Assembly: GCF_037042905.1 (NCBI RefSeq)
Contig: NC_087249.1
Coordinates: 10,356,001-10,420,000, forward strand
Length of the DNA stretch: 64,000 nt
Reading direction: 5' to 3'
DNA from: Lytechinus pictus
Lineage: Eukaryota
A program made the translations under genes and the position numbers. The notes beneath the pieces are model-generated. The model did not search any database. It was given only the letters and a program-made list of their open reading frames with translations, and had not been told where the DNA came from. Shown here in pieces: positions 1 through 13,900 of this stretch. Positions within the stretch are counted from its first letter, which is position 1, and every line of letters starts with the position of its first letter.

Positions 1-1515
1 ATCTCTCACCACCTCTCCTCCATCCATCTCTCACCCTTTCCTCTCCCCGGCCCTCACTTTCTCTATCCTCCAACTGTCTCTCTCTCCCTCCTCCAACAGT
101 CTCTCAGTACTCCCTCATCCAACCGCCTCATCCCTTCACTTTCTCCCAACCGTCTCTCTCCCTCCTCCCCTCTCCTCCAACCGTATCTCACTCCATCCTC
201 CCCTCTCCTCCTACCGTCTCTCACTCCCTCCTCCAACTTTCTCACTCCTTCGTCTCTCCTCCAAATATCTCTCACCCCCTCCTCCAACCATCTATCATCC
301 CCTCTGCTCCCCATCACTTTCTCTAATTCTTTCATTTATACTATCTTTCCTCCGTCTGTCACTCGCTCCTCCCACAATCTCTCACCCCCCAACCATCTCT
401 CACCCCCTCCCTTTTTTCTCCAACCATCTCTCACCCCCTCCATTTTTTTCTCCAACCATCTCTCACCCCCTCTGCTCCCCTTCACTTTCTCCCATTTCCA
501 CTCTCTCCACCATCCATCTCTCACCATTCTTCCTCCAGCCATCTCTCACCCAATTCACTTTCTCTCATTCTTTCATCCCCCCATCTCTCTCCCCTTCTCT
601 CACTCTTTCATCTCCCCTCCAACCATCTCTCACCCCTCACTCCCTATGCCCCCTTCACTTTCCCTCATTCTTTTATCTCACCCTATTACACTATCCCTCA
701 CTCCCTATGCTCCCCTTCACTTTCTCATTCCTTCATCCCCCTATCTCTCCTCCAACCATCTCTTACCCCCTAACTTTCTCTCATTCTCCCCTATCTCTCC
801 TCTGTCTCTCGCCCGCTCCTCCTTTTCTTCTCCATTTGTCACTCCCTATGCTCCCCTTCACCTTCTCTCACTCTTTCATCTCCCCTCAAACTGTCCCCAG
901 CCTCCTCCAATCATCTCTCACCCCCCCCCCTCTGCACCCCTTCACTTTCTCTCACACCCTCCCCCAACCATCACTCCCTCTGCTCCCCTTCCCCCTCCAA
1001 CCATCTCTCACCCACTCCTCCCTTTCTTCTCCAACCATCTCTCATTCCCTATGCTCCTCTTCACTATCTTTCACTTCTACTATCTCTCCTCCATCTCTCA
1101 CCCGCTCCTCCAACAATCTCTCATCCCCCCCTCCGACAATCTTTAACTCCCTATGCTCCTCTTCATTTTCTCCCCCTATCTCTCCTCAAACCATCCCAAC
1201 TCCCTCCTCCAACCATCTCTCACCCCCCTCCTCTGCATCCCTTAACTTTCTCTCTCTCTTTCATCTCCCCCTGGCTACACGGTTTCCTCCATCTCTCTTT
1301 CATTAATTGTATCTCTCTCCCTTCTCTACCCCCGATCATCTCCCTCTCTCTCTCTCCCTCCCTTCTCCCCCACCCCCACCATCTCACGCCTTCCGCTCCC
1401 TCCAACCATCTCTCCCCCTCCCCTAAAACAATATCCCACTCCCTCCTCCCTTTCTCTCTCCCCCTTTAGATACCTCCCTTCCCATTCTCTATCCACGCTT
1501 CTCATTCTCTCTGTT
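1..1515. repeat. Pyrimidine-rich degenerate low-complexity repeat (CCAACCATCTCTCACCCC-like units)
   Basis: Plus strand almost devoid of G; the motif recurs many times. Confidence 0.9.
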
Positions 1516-2820
1516 CCACTCCAGTCTAGGGCGTCCTGTCTACCCCCTCTTTATTTGACTTTTCATTAAACTCCAAAACTCTCCAGAAAAAAAACAATCC
1601 ACCATTCTATTGATTAAAAAAACAGTAACACCTTTTAATACAAATATATTGTATGAAGTACATTGTTTTATCTGCTGAAAAACACAGATCTGAGGAATAA
1701 AAAATCCAGATGAAGAAGAGCTGCCAAGTGAGTTGCTTAGTGTATAGGTTAATATAATATCTACTGTCAAGGATTTGATTGCGAGTTTGATGTGTAATGG
1801 TTTTGGTCTTTCATTGATATAAGGGGAGATACAAGTCTTTATATATCTCAAATATTGACAGAAACAACTTTTCATAGTTATACTGGTTTCTGTGTGTGAC
1901 AATGCAATTCAAATACATGGATTCACAACTGCAGTGAGTCGAAATGTATGCCTCCACCATTGTCAGATCTGAAACATATTGAATATTTTATTCTGATATT
2001 GTGAAAACCGTCAAATTATTCTAATCACATTGTTTATCTCATGGTTCTTATTTCATGGATTTCACAAAATCTGTGAGCTTGATGTCTAACCTTGACACCC
2101 CAAACCAATCAGATCATTTTCATTAAAAAAAGCATACATATTCCACTTACATGTAGATGCTAACATTTCTTTATAACATTTATCAGAGAAAATCGCTGAC
2201 TAATGCTTTATCATATGTTCCCTTGATGTGAAGCATATCAACAAGGTTCAAAGACAACCTATCAACCTGAAATCACGGAACCAGGCAGGTACTCAATTCA
2301 AAGCTTAAGCCAGAAAATTGAATATTTTACTTAGATATTTGACTGGATAGAACACTTTGCTGATATCGGCATTCAATTCATGAATTTGGTCAAGTATTTT
2401 ACCATAAATTGAAGACACCTTTTGAGCACACTTCAGGCAAATAATCAGGAAATCTCATTGGCAGGTAAAACATTTTTGCAAGCAGCCATCCTAAGTTGCA
2501 CAGAATCAATAAAGTACTTTTGCGTTTATGGCACATTGTTTGCCAACAACAATATGACATCTCAATACTTTTCAGTTAGTATTTTTTTGCCTTACTAACA
2601 TTTGCAAAGTACTAAATTTAATACAATTTAAGTAGTACTGTATTTATCAGCAAAAAGAAATGTTTCGATAAATCCAAACACTGAACTGAATACTAGCACT
2701 GGCTGGCATACACTATAGCCGTTCTCTGCCCCGACAGGTTTGAATTCTCAAAGAACCAGCATCATCAAAGGCACTTGTAACATATGATAAATCTCTCCAT
2801 TCAGACCTCACTACTATTAA

Positions 2821-3404
2821 AGGAGAATGAAACTCTTGGAGCAAGTTAGCTTTTGTGAAAGCAGAAAAATCAAAGAATAAGATCAACAAAAGTTTGAGTA
2901 AAATAGGACTAGCAATAGAAGAGTTATGAGCATTTGAATGTCGAGATCACTAATGCTATGGAGATCCTCCCATTGGCAATGCGACCAAGATCTATGATGT
3001 CACAGATGAACTACTCTCCCCTTTTGGACACTGAAAATATACCCCAAAACATCTCTTTTTGCTCATTCTAATCATATGACAAACGATTCATCAATGATAT
3101 AATGTTGTGAAACCTCTGTACTTGTCCTCTCATAAAGAGAACACCTCACCTTGTGATAGACTCTATAAAAGTGAGAATATAAGTGAAATAAGTACTTAAG
3201 TAATGAGGGAGTTGTCCGTGTGTGAAATCACAGATCTTGGTCGCATTGCCAATGGGAGGAACTACATGGCATTAGTGATCTCAATATTCAAATGCTCATA
3301 ACTTTCTTATTATTCATTCAATCTTCCTCAAACTTTCAACAATATGTTTCTTTGATTTTTCTCTTTGATATCGATTCAGCTGGTTTCAAGGGTTTCATTC
3401 TCCT
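2821..3404. mobile_element. Palindromic MITE with TTAA TSD and AG..CT ends (Kolobok-like)
   Basis: TTAA|AGGAGAATGAAAC...GTTTCATTCTCCT|TTAA; internal inverted arms CATTGGCAATGCGACCAAGATCT. Confidence 0.85.
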
Positions 3405-3559
3405 TTAAGCCACAAATCTTACATATAACAATAAAAAAGAAGAAGACACGTAATCAAAGTTTCTGAAATATTCTTACAAAGTGGAACACTGGCAGGATTT
3501 AGTTGAATATCTTCACACATACCTATGAGTACAAAGTAATGCTACAAACTTCTTTTTTC

Positions 3560-4860
3560 TGTGAAGCTTCTTGTCACAGATGAATGAGTAAAGTTGTCAC
3601 AGATCCACAAGAAGGCTTTCTTTCTGTCCAAACTAGCTAGGTGTTATAGTTAAAGGAGGAATGTTGTCACAAAGCTACAAGAAGGCATTCCTCCTGTCCA
3701 AAACAGCATGTCATGGCAGTTTAAAGAGGAATGTTGTCAAATGTATACAAGAAGGGTTTCCTTCTGTCCAAAATAACTTGTCATCACAGTTTTAGGAAGG
3801 ACCTTTGTCATAGGTCTACAAGAAGGTATTCCTCCTATCCAAACTAGTTTGCCATGGCGGTTAAATAGGAATGTTGTCTTATGTATACAAGGCATTCCTT
3901 TCTGTCCAAGATAACTTGTCATTACTGTTTTAGGAAGGAACAGTGTCACAGGTTCTAGAAGGACCGGTGTCACAGGTCTACAAGGAAGGCATTCCTTCTG
4001 TTCAAAACAATTTGTCATCGCTGTTTTAGAAGGAACAGTATCTCATGTGTACAAGGTGTTCCTTCTGTCCAAACTAGCTAGTTGTTATAGTTAAAGGAGG
4101 AATGTTGTCACAAAGCTACAAGAAGGCGTTCCTCCTATCGAAACTAGCCTGTCATGGCAGTTTAAAGAGGAATGTTGTCAAATGTATACAAGAAGGCATT
4201 CCTTCTGTCCAACATAACTTGTCATCACAGTTTTAGGAAGGACCTTTGTCATAGGTCTACAAGAAGGTATTCCTCCTGTCCAAACTAGCCTGCCATGGCA
4301 GTTAAAAGAGGAATGTTGTCTTATGTATACAAGAAGACATTCCTTTCTGTCCAAAATAACTTGTCATCACAGTTTTAGGAAGGAACAGTGTCACAGGTCT
4401 ATAAGGTGCTCCTTCTGTCCAAACTAGCCTGTTGTCATAGTTCTAGAAGGACCGGTGTCACAGGTCTACAGGAAGGCATTCCTTCTGTTCAAAATAATTT
4501 GTCATCAATGATTTAGAAGGAACAGTATCGCAGGTCTACAAAGTGTTCCTTCTGTCCAAACCAACTTGTCATCACTGTTTTAGAAAGAATGGTGTCACAG
4601 GTCCAAGAGAAGGTGTCCAATCTAGCTTGCTATCACTGTTTTAGAAGGAACGGTGTTATAGGTCTACCAGAAGGTGTCACAGTTTAACAAGGAATGTTGT
4701 CACATGTGTACAAGATGTTCTTTCAAACTAACTAGTCATCACTGTTTTAGGAAGGAACAGTATCACAGGTCTACAAGAAGTTGTTCCTTCTGTCCAGTTT
4801 AACTTGTCATAGTTCAACGAGGAATGTTGTCACAGGCCTACAAGGTGTTCTTTTTGTCAG
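3560..4860. repeat. Minisatellite of ~60-65 bp monomers with ~441 bp higher-order period, just 3' of the SMC6-like stop
   Basis: Recurring CCTTCTGTCCAAACTAGC..GTCATCACAGTTTTAGGAAGGAAC..TGTCACAGGTCTACAAGAAGG; block at 3631 recurs at 4072. Confidence 0.9.
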
Positions 4861-4872
4861 AACCAGTGACTG

Positions 4873-4969
4873 CTAGTCTTGCTCTTTCGTCAGTTCTTCT
4901 TTGATGTTTCCTAGATCCATCCCTGGGCCTTCAAGCCTGGTTATGTGGACAAACTCACTTGGGGTGACC
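4873..4969 (-). CDS. SMC6: SMC6-like last coding exon ([15 protein letters not shown]...EQD*)
   Basis: TAG acceptor, phase fits exon 22, stop TAG at 4875-4873. Confidence 0.85.
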
Positions 4970-7900
4970 CTAATATTAAATACAAAAGGATAGTTTTATC
5001 AAAATTTTATTATGACCCCCCCCTAAAAAAAAACACAATAATACCCCCATACATAAAACCCCACTAAGTTCTTGGGGTTTCGACAAAGAGTAAAGTTGTA
5101 CTTAAATTCATTCATTAAATTCATAAAGTGCTGGATACAGCATTGTGGGCATTAAAGTCTAGTGCAACAACAGTTAAGTTGAATATGAATTACAGAAAAA
5201 AAATCATAGTACTGAAAATTCATCTAAGTGGGAGATAAAATTAAAACAATTTCAGGTTTGGCTGGATTATAGTAGGCATGCAAGTAAAGGAACCAAATAC
5301 TAATCCTTTAAGAAGTAGAAAAAGACATTTGGAAATGTTTATCTAACTGTGAGGCAGTTGTAGAAAGAGTGCTCTTAAAGCACGAGTGATAATATAAACA
5401 CCCCAGAAGTCCACAATATATTCTTCTGTTTGGTTGAAATTCAGATTGGCCCAAACCGAATTCACAAAGGTGGTTTTTAAAACCATCGGTTGAACCCATG
5501 GTTTATGCAGATTTCCTGTATAGATTACGCTTATTTACCGCGTCTATTAAAAAATGTCAATGTTGATGCGCGCTTTTGTCACAGTGCGCAAAATTGACGC
5601 CTGTTGCCGTGGTTATCCACTCTACTTTATTCATGAGTCCACTGTTTTGAATCCATGAGTCCACTCTTCAAACAGTGGACTCGAATAAAATAGCGTACTT
5701 AACCATGGCAACAGGAGTCAATTTCGCGCACTGTGACAAAAGAGCGCATCAACATTGGACCTTTTTTAATATACCGGTACACTGTACGCGGTAAATAAGC
5801 ATAATTTATACTGGAAATCTGCATAAACCATGGGTTCAACCAATGGTTTTAAAAACCACCTTTGTGAATTTGGGCCATAGAGTCTTCAAAAATTGTATCT
5901 CACCCAATGTCTACTGGAGTAAAGATAATAAACTGGCATGTTGCTTGTTCTCTGCCAAACTGAAGCAGCAGGTCAATGAAGATCTTTCTGTTCACCATAT
6001 CCTACAAAAAAGTAAGGAAAGAAATAAATCAATCACAAGCTCATATGGAGAGGGACAAGCCACAAAGTGAGGAGAGAGAGAGAAAGAAAAAGATGACAAG
6101 AAAGTGAGAAAGAAAGTTTTAGACAAAGAAGAAAGAAGTATATGAAAGAGAAGAAGATGACTACAAAGGAGCTGAAGAAAATTAAGAAGAAACAGAAACA
6201 GAAGATGAGAAATAAACACGGTACGATATGATTATAGAATGGATGATTAACAAGTATTCAACAAGTGATTTTCATGAGGCTTAAACCCAACACAAATGAA
6301 CTCTTTCTAAATGGTTCTGTGCTACTAGTGTAATGTGGACAATTTCTCTAAAGTCTACAACAAATTACTCACATAGTGCTTAATATAAATAATTTCTAAG
6401 AGCTACATAGATAAACATAATTTAAGTTAAAGAGATTGGATAATTTAAACAATTAGGAAAATAGAATAATAATTTTGCTGTATAGAAAGATAAAGCAATA
6501 AATGATGATGTGCAGGTACACTGTAATATCCAAAATGAGAGAGGTTGGGGACACAAGGAGCAGACTTTGTTGAAACTTACCATGAAATTATTAAAGCCAT
6601 CCATGACCATGATAGGTGATTCCACAGACTCCCAAAGAGCAAGGATAAGAGTCAATGTGGAGAGCGATCTCTCGCCTCTGGACAAACTCTTTATATTCTT
6701 GATGGAATCATCCTTCACGTTTCCCCTCCGTCCCGATTCAACCTGCAAGAAAACGTATCAAAGACAAACTGAGTTCTCGTCATCATGTGATAATGGAAAA
6801 CAGACAAATCAGCCTATTTCGTTTGGGGTATGCTCTGCTGAGACGATGTCTGGCTTCGCGGCATCCCTTCCCTCTATAGACCGTAGTATCGCATACGCAC
6901 CATCAAGGCCTGCTTAAGCTATGTCAAGACAGAGATTTACAAATTCTAGTGTGAACTAGAAAAGAGAGACAAACCATTTCAAGACATTCTTTTATGGAAC
7001 TACCCAGTATGAACTGCAAAATGGGGATGTCGTGGTCTTGTGGTTCTGGCTCTCGCCTCTAAGAGAGTCATGGGTTCAAATCCTAGCCATGACATGCTTT
7101 CCTTCAGCAAAAAATGTATCCACACCGTGCTGCACTTGACCCAGGTGAGGGTGAATGGGTACATGGCAGGATAAATTCCTTGAATGCACTGAGCTCGGTT
7201 GAAAAGCTGGTAGCTAGAGTTAATGCTGTTATATATTTAATAATTACAGTGCTTTGTATCCTGGGGCAAAAAGCGCTATTTAAATCCAGCTTTTATGATT
7301 ATCATTATTATCAAAATACAACTAATGTAGTATCTTCCATGTACATGTAGGTATTATGTATCAGGCTATTACGTATATTTAACACTATTGTCAAAACTGT
7401 CATATGTTTTGTTCTTCTACACAATGAAAACTTACTGAGATAACCAGTTCTTCTTTAGGATGGTCAAACTTGAGACGACCCAAATAGCCAAGAGAGGACA
7501 TCATAGTTATAAAGTAGTACTTGGTCCTCTGTGCTATAAAATGATGCATGTCTTTCTTGGCCACATCACACTGATCAATTACTTTGTTCACTTTCTGAAA
7601 TAAAAGCACAGAAATATAGTGTAGTAGGTTTCACGGTACACCATGTAAATGTATCTTTCTTGGGCAAGTGTTGGTCCTGAAAAGGACTACCCAAAATCGA
7701 CGTTTCGCCAAGTGTGTTCGTGTCGTAGTAGGTTTCACGGTACACCATGTATCCTAAATAGGACCACCAAAACTTGATGTTTCGGCAAGTGTGTTCTTGT
7801 TGTCTTCGACAAGAACACACTCGTCGAAACGTCAAGTTTGGGTGGTCCTTTTCAGGACCAACACTTACCCAAGAAAGATACATGGTGTACTGTGAAACCT

Positions 7901-10900
7901 ACTATACTATTCTTATTTGCCCTGGAAACTTTCAGAAGTTACACAGAAATATAAATATACAATGCTACTTGCATTGGAGCTCTAGGAAATTTTTGTCATC
8001 GTACTGATGAAGATGCTTTACTGGAATTTGGGAAATATTGTGATAGAATTGTTTCTCATCGCTATGTCAGGAAAACCCTGGATGAGAATATGCAAATGTA
8101 CAAATTATCTAGAGTATTAAAGAAAATTAATTAAAATTGAAAGAATATATCACATGCATAAAGGATTTACGTAAGGTTTTTCAATATTTTTCTAAGATAT
8201 ATTTTATCATTTTTTATCATTCATGAACATTTTCAAAATTTCATTTGTTATTTATTTCATTGACCATTTATTCATTTTTCATTTATCATAATTATTAGTT
8301 TATTAATTCATTCATTCATTTCTTTCTTTCTTTTTTTTTGGAGGGGGGGGGAGGAGATTATCATCTATAATTGTTAAATCAATACAAACATATTTATGTA
8401 AGCCTTCCTTTGATGCAATAATAGTCACTGTCACAGGATTATGAGCATCTTAATCCAGTTATTTTGACAATAGCGACTATCAAGGCATATCTGATCATTT
8501 ACAAATGAATAGTTTTCCTGGATTTGTTTTTGTTGGCTGATGTCCTGTTTCCTAATATGCTTTTCAATAAACATGCTTCGGATTTGGAACAGCAAAATCT
8601 GAGAATCCGACCATCGATCCGCAAACTTTCACACACGCATAATGACCTCACTACACGCTATGTGTCATGCATCTCTGGAATATTAGGAGGATCCTTGGAA
8701 AATTTGGATTATAAAAGATAATCAATCACAATATAGCATCTATCTTAAAATACATATACAATTCCAAAATAAAAAACCTGGAAATATTAAAGATTACCAA
8801 TTGTAAACCAGAATTGCACATTTATTTTGTGCAATATCAATGTCTACTCATGGACTGCTTTCTTTCAACCCATGGCCTAATTGGCAGTGACCATCATAGG
8901 ATCAAAGTAGAAAAATATGATTAGAATGTTATTCAAATAACAATGACAGTCACATGTTAGTGAATTCATTAACTAACCAATGAATGTCCATCTCTTTGTA
9001 GGTCCATGCTATAATAATAAAATAAGTGTTGTGGCTCAGTGGATAAGTCTCTGGACTTTGAACAACAAGGTCCGGGGTTCAAATCCCACCACAGCACTTG
9101 CATTCTTTGGCAAGGTGTTTATCTACATTTGCCACTCTCCACCCAGGTGTAGTAAATGGGTACCCGTTGGGAATTCCTTGAATGCCCGAGCGTCCGATCA
9201 GGATAGCCATGCTAAAGCCGGGGTAATAGAATGCAGCGCTTAAAGACATTTGTATTAAGCACAATATAAATGTTGCATATTATTATCATTATAAAGTTAA
9301 ATATCAAGTTTTTAAAGAAATCAGACTCAGGTTGACCCCATTTAGACAATCGCACCAAACGGGTCACGGATATCTGCATCAACCGCACTATTGCCCATTA
9401 CCTCCACAGTTTTCATCAAGCCTCTTATTTGCTTCTGGATGGACGCAAACATCCTTTGTGGTCCATCACCTTGTTCGATGGCATCTTCTGGAACTTCTTG
9501 TCTGTGATCAGAAAAGAATGAAAAATATAACATTTCTTATAAATTGGGAAGTGATGGAGATTCAACAGATAGCTTCAAGTGAGTCATTTAAAGACCTCAG
9601 AAGCGTAATATAGCACCATCTCAAGTCTTCAAGTAGTCAAATCTGAACCAATTCCTAACCCACAATGCAGCATTCCGAAAGGTGAAGTCATGTGACGTTG
9701 GCCCACTTGAATGATGAGAACGCACCAATTCATGCATTCATACCGCAATAATCATGTTACTGATAAGCAAAACATGTACTTTTCCCTCTCAAAACATTTT
9801 AGTTTCTTCTTTTCTATACAAATAAAATTATTTTCTATATATTATTTTACAAATAAAATCATAGGTTTATTTATTCATTGTATTATTAAAAGGTATCTAA
9901 AGTCAATCAGTATATTTTAAGACTGATGGTTTGTAATACAGTCAATGAGAGACCATACGCAGTAATGGTTACTTTGCTCCTCTTATTAGAATTGAAAAAA
10001 AAAGCAACAGAAACATTCAAACTTGATTAACAAGCTAAAACCAATACCATTGACATCCATCATGATTTCTAACATCAAGAACCTCAACTACCCCCTCCTC
10101 CTCCTCATTCTTCTTCTTCTTCAGGTATGAATCATTATACAACTACATTAACTCACATGTCTCCATCAATGTCCAATTCAGTGTTGTATCGATGTCTTGT
10201 CAGCTGCCTAACTTTTGACACAGTTTCCTGAATATGACAAGAAGTAAAATATCCTGTAATTAATCTTAAAAGTCACTAGATTTATGTATTCTAAATAATA
10301 TTAAACACAGGGCCCAAATATTATCAAAGACTCGAGTCACAATCTGTAAAATCTTAGACAGGCGTTTCAGTGACAAATTACAATGTATGCATATCCCCCA
10401 CTTCCTGAGGAGTATTCCAGTCAGTCGCCAATGTGATGCACACATTGCTGGACAAGCTACAATGACTTTCACATCCTACCGTGTACCCATTAATAGCACC
10501 TGGGTCGAGAGTGACTAAGTGTGGAATGACGTCTTGCCAATGGACGCTAGGCTACGGTGGGATTTGAAGACATGACCACCTGATTACAACACAAGAGCCA
10601 GAACCAGTACCCCACGGCTCCTCTACAAATAATTCATATGTAAGTTTATCATACCTCTATTTCTGACTGTGTTTCATCAACTTCTTTCTGGAAATTTGCA
10701 AGTTTTTCCAAGAGTTCTTTCTTCTTTTCTTCGTAGTGCTTACGGTGTCCCTCATCTGGGTGTGCTTCATCGCTAGGCTCAGTTTTGACCTACGGAAATT
10801 AATTTTTGAAATGTCATACAGATTACTAAGAGCAGAGAGGAATAACTAAAGAAAATAATTTTCAGAGTTTATTAATTTTTCCTTCATTTTCATTCAGTTA

Positions 10901-13900
10901 TGTTTCTTAAGATCAGAAATGCTTAACTTAAAGACACACACATAAAAGGCATTGAAAAACATTGAACAAAGGTAGGGGAAAGTACTTGCATATGGATTAT
11001 AATTAATTCATCATCTAGGGGCTTGTAAATATTACAATGAGTCTGCATGGTAGACACACTTGCTATTATCAGAAGTCTTGAGGACTTGATTTCAACTGTT
11101 TGGTAATGCTTTCTCAAGAATGAGACCGGGCATGGTGGCTCAGTGGTAGAGCGCCCGCCTCATGAACGGGAGGTCGTGGGTTCGATCCTCGGCCGAGTCA
11201 TACCAAAGACTTATAAAATGGGACCTTCTGCCTTCATGCTAGGCGCTTAGTATTTAGATTGAAGAAGGGTAATAATAACATTATTATGTTATGTTGGGCC
11301 AGCTGGTAGAGCAGTTTCCGAACTGAAGTGGCTACCCTGGGTAAATAAAACGCTATCATTATTATCATTAATAATATCCTTGTGTAAAATATTTTCTTCA
11401 ATTTGTATTATTTGTGAGGTGAGATGTTAAACATACATGGACATCCAACACTCAAAATCATTGCTTGCCTAATTGGGCAAGTGACTTTGAACTTTGCTTG
11501 CCCTCCTGAGGTTTTCACTTGCCATAGGCAAGCAGGCAAGTGGGTTTGTAGTGCTCTGCATAATACGCATCATTTTGCCAGGGCACTAAATAACAATCCA
11601 CACTTGTTACATTTGAAACTTAGTTAGGACTGTGCCAAAGGTTTTCATGTGTGTAACTCTTACTACTTCCTTCGATGATGTGTATTAATACAGTATTACT
11701 TTTGTTGTGAAAGAAGGTATCAATACTGCCGTACTTTGGCAAAAGGAAGCAAGTTACAAAAGTATCATTTGATGTAAGTGAGCAATGTGTGTTCGTCATT
11801 TACAAAGGCGTCCATGCAATCCAACACTACATGTATATTTTCCTCAGTATCTTTCCATTTCTTCCCCAAGTTTTGCTTGAACGTGCAACCTACAATGGGT
11901 GTTTAAGAAACAACAACTCAAATTTGACTGATGCGTCACTTGCTTCCTTTTGCCAAAGTTGGGCAGTATAGTCCCAAAGAATCTTGTGAACTTTGCAGGA
12001 TGCATGGTTACCTTGAGAGGGTCTACTTGATAGCTCAGTTCCTGGATCTGATCATCCACCACCGTGAACTGTTGTGATGCTTCCGACAGCTGTCTTCGAC
12101 CTTCCTTGAAGTTCTTGGAGAACCTCTCCAGTTTCTTCTTTTGTTCGTTGATTTTAGCCTCCATCTGCTGAACCTCCTCTTCCAAGTCAGCAACATTGGT
12201 TTCCTCTTCTTCTTCCCCTTCTGCCTCCAACTGGGTTATTTGCTGAAAAGATAAACATTTAGTGTTCTGTTGATGTTAGGATATGATATAGTTGACTTGC
12301 AGCGATTACTGACATACATGTATTAACATCATTAGTGCTATGATCATCATCACAATCATCAAGATTATCAACATCATCACCATCCCCTTCATTATCAGGG
12401 TTCCCAGCTTTTCAAGAAAACAGAATTCCCTGATTTTTCCCCGATGAAGTTAAAAAATTCCCTGATAATTATTTAAAAGTTTTTTTAAGCAAGCCCTGAA
12501 ATAAGCGGGCGCTGAGCGCAAATTCGCGCTCATAAAGCCATCAATTGCGCCCCGAAAGCCCCAAAATCATCAAAAATTTTAAGACCGGGTGCAAATATTT
12601 TCCAGGTAATTGCGCCCGCCGTGAGTGAGCAGTGAAGCCATATCATACATGTAATTTAAATATCTGTAAAGCCAAAATCAAGTAACTTTCAATTTACGAT
12701 AAACACAGTTTAAAATTGCCAAGTGCGTCTTTTTTTCTGTACCATAAAAAAGTGAGCTACGTCCGTCTTTTTTTTCCTGTAATACATGTGCGCGCGTTCT
12801 TCCGGTTGTGGTTTTTCCATACTTCACCATGTGCAATTTCTAATGCACACATTTCCAGTTGAGATATCACAATTCTGCGATATAGTAATTCGAATTGCAC
12901 AGGAGATAAATCCCTGTTCACAGCACATACGATGTGCGAGTCTTTTATCCTCACAGTCGCCGACCTTACTTGTCAAAACGGAGTCTTAATAATCCAAAAT
13001 CACTTAGCTTATAGTTGTGAATTGTAGCTTTTTAATTTCTTTCCTGGAGAGGGGTAAATATCAGACAATAAATAATCAAACAAGGCTCCATCTAAAAAAA
13101 AAAATAGGAGGACGCCGTGCACTTGAGTGTGGTGTTAGCAAGCCAGTTTGAGCTCATGTTCTCTGCCAGATCTCTGGGTGAGAATTCTATCAGTAATGGC
13201 CTAAGTGATGGTGATTTTCCGTTTGAGATAGAGTTTAGATTTCATGTTAATTTTTGAAAACTGTCAAAAAACTTTATGATTTCTTCATTGTGATGAATAT
13301 TTAAGTTATTAATGAATACATTTTCACCAAATTTAGACTCTCCCAGAATGAAAGGCATTTTCTGTGGAGATCTATGTTTTCAAATAACTTGTGAAAAACT
13401 GAAGGTACGCGTGAACCTACAATACATGTACATAGCCTGTGGCTATGTGCTGGAATTTGAATAGACTGAGTTATTTATTGATTTCATTTCTTCATTTCTT
13501 TAACATAATTTATATGCAATCCAAGTGCACCTCACAGTCACAATCACACACAAACACTCACCCACACCCGTGATTCTAACCATGAAAAAAAAACCTTAAA
13601 AATTATTTATTTTTTTCTAAATTTATTATTTGATCTGAATTCTCTCTTTCTCCATCTCTCTCTCTTTTTTAAAATTTTATTCATTTATTTAGATTTTTTT
13701 TGGGGGGGGTTCATTGATCGTGGTTCATTAAAGATGAAAAATAAATAAGCCCATGTGTGTGTGGTTGTAAAGGGGATGTGGAGTGAGGGTGTCAAAACAC
13801 TTAAACATTTAAATCTGATTTCTTAAATGTTTGAATAAGCCTAATACTTAGCATATGCTATTCATGTACTAATTAAAAACTTGCAGGAGCTGCGCTTACT

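Noticed and set aside
63..1405. Pro/Ser/Leu-rich and Gly/Glu/Arg-rich ORFs
   Set aside because: Translations of a low-complexity CT repeat.
3737..4018. 93-aa repetitive ORF or CRISPR-like array
   Set aside because: Eukaryotic minisatellite with diverged monomers, no unique spacers and no stable frame.
6770..6950. CpG-containing intronic stretch as an extra exon or snoRNA
   Set aside because: The frame after the TAG acceptor stops within 15 codons and I see no convincing C/D or H/ACA boxes.
11126..11196. tRNA-Met (CAT)-like gene
   Set aside because: Imperfect acceptor stem, no poly-T terminator, and it continues into a SINE body and tail.
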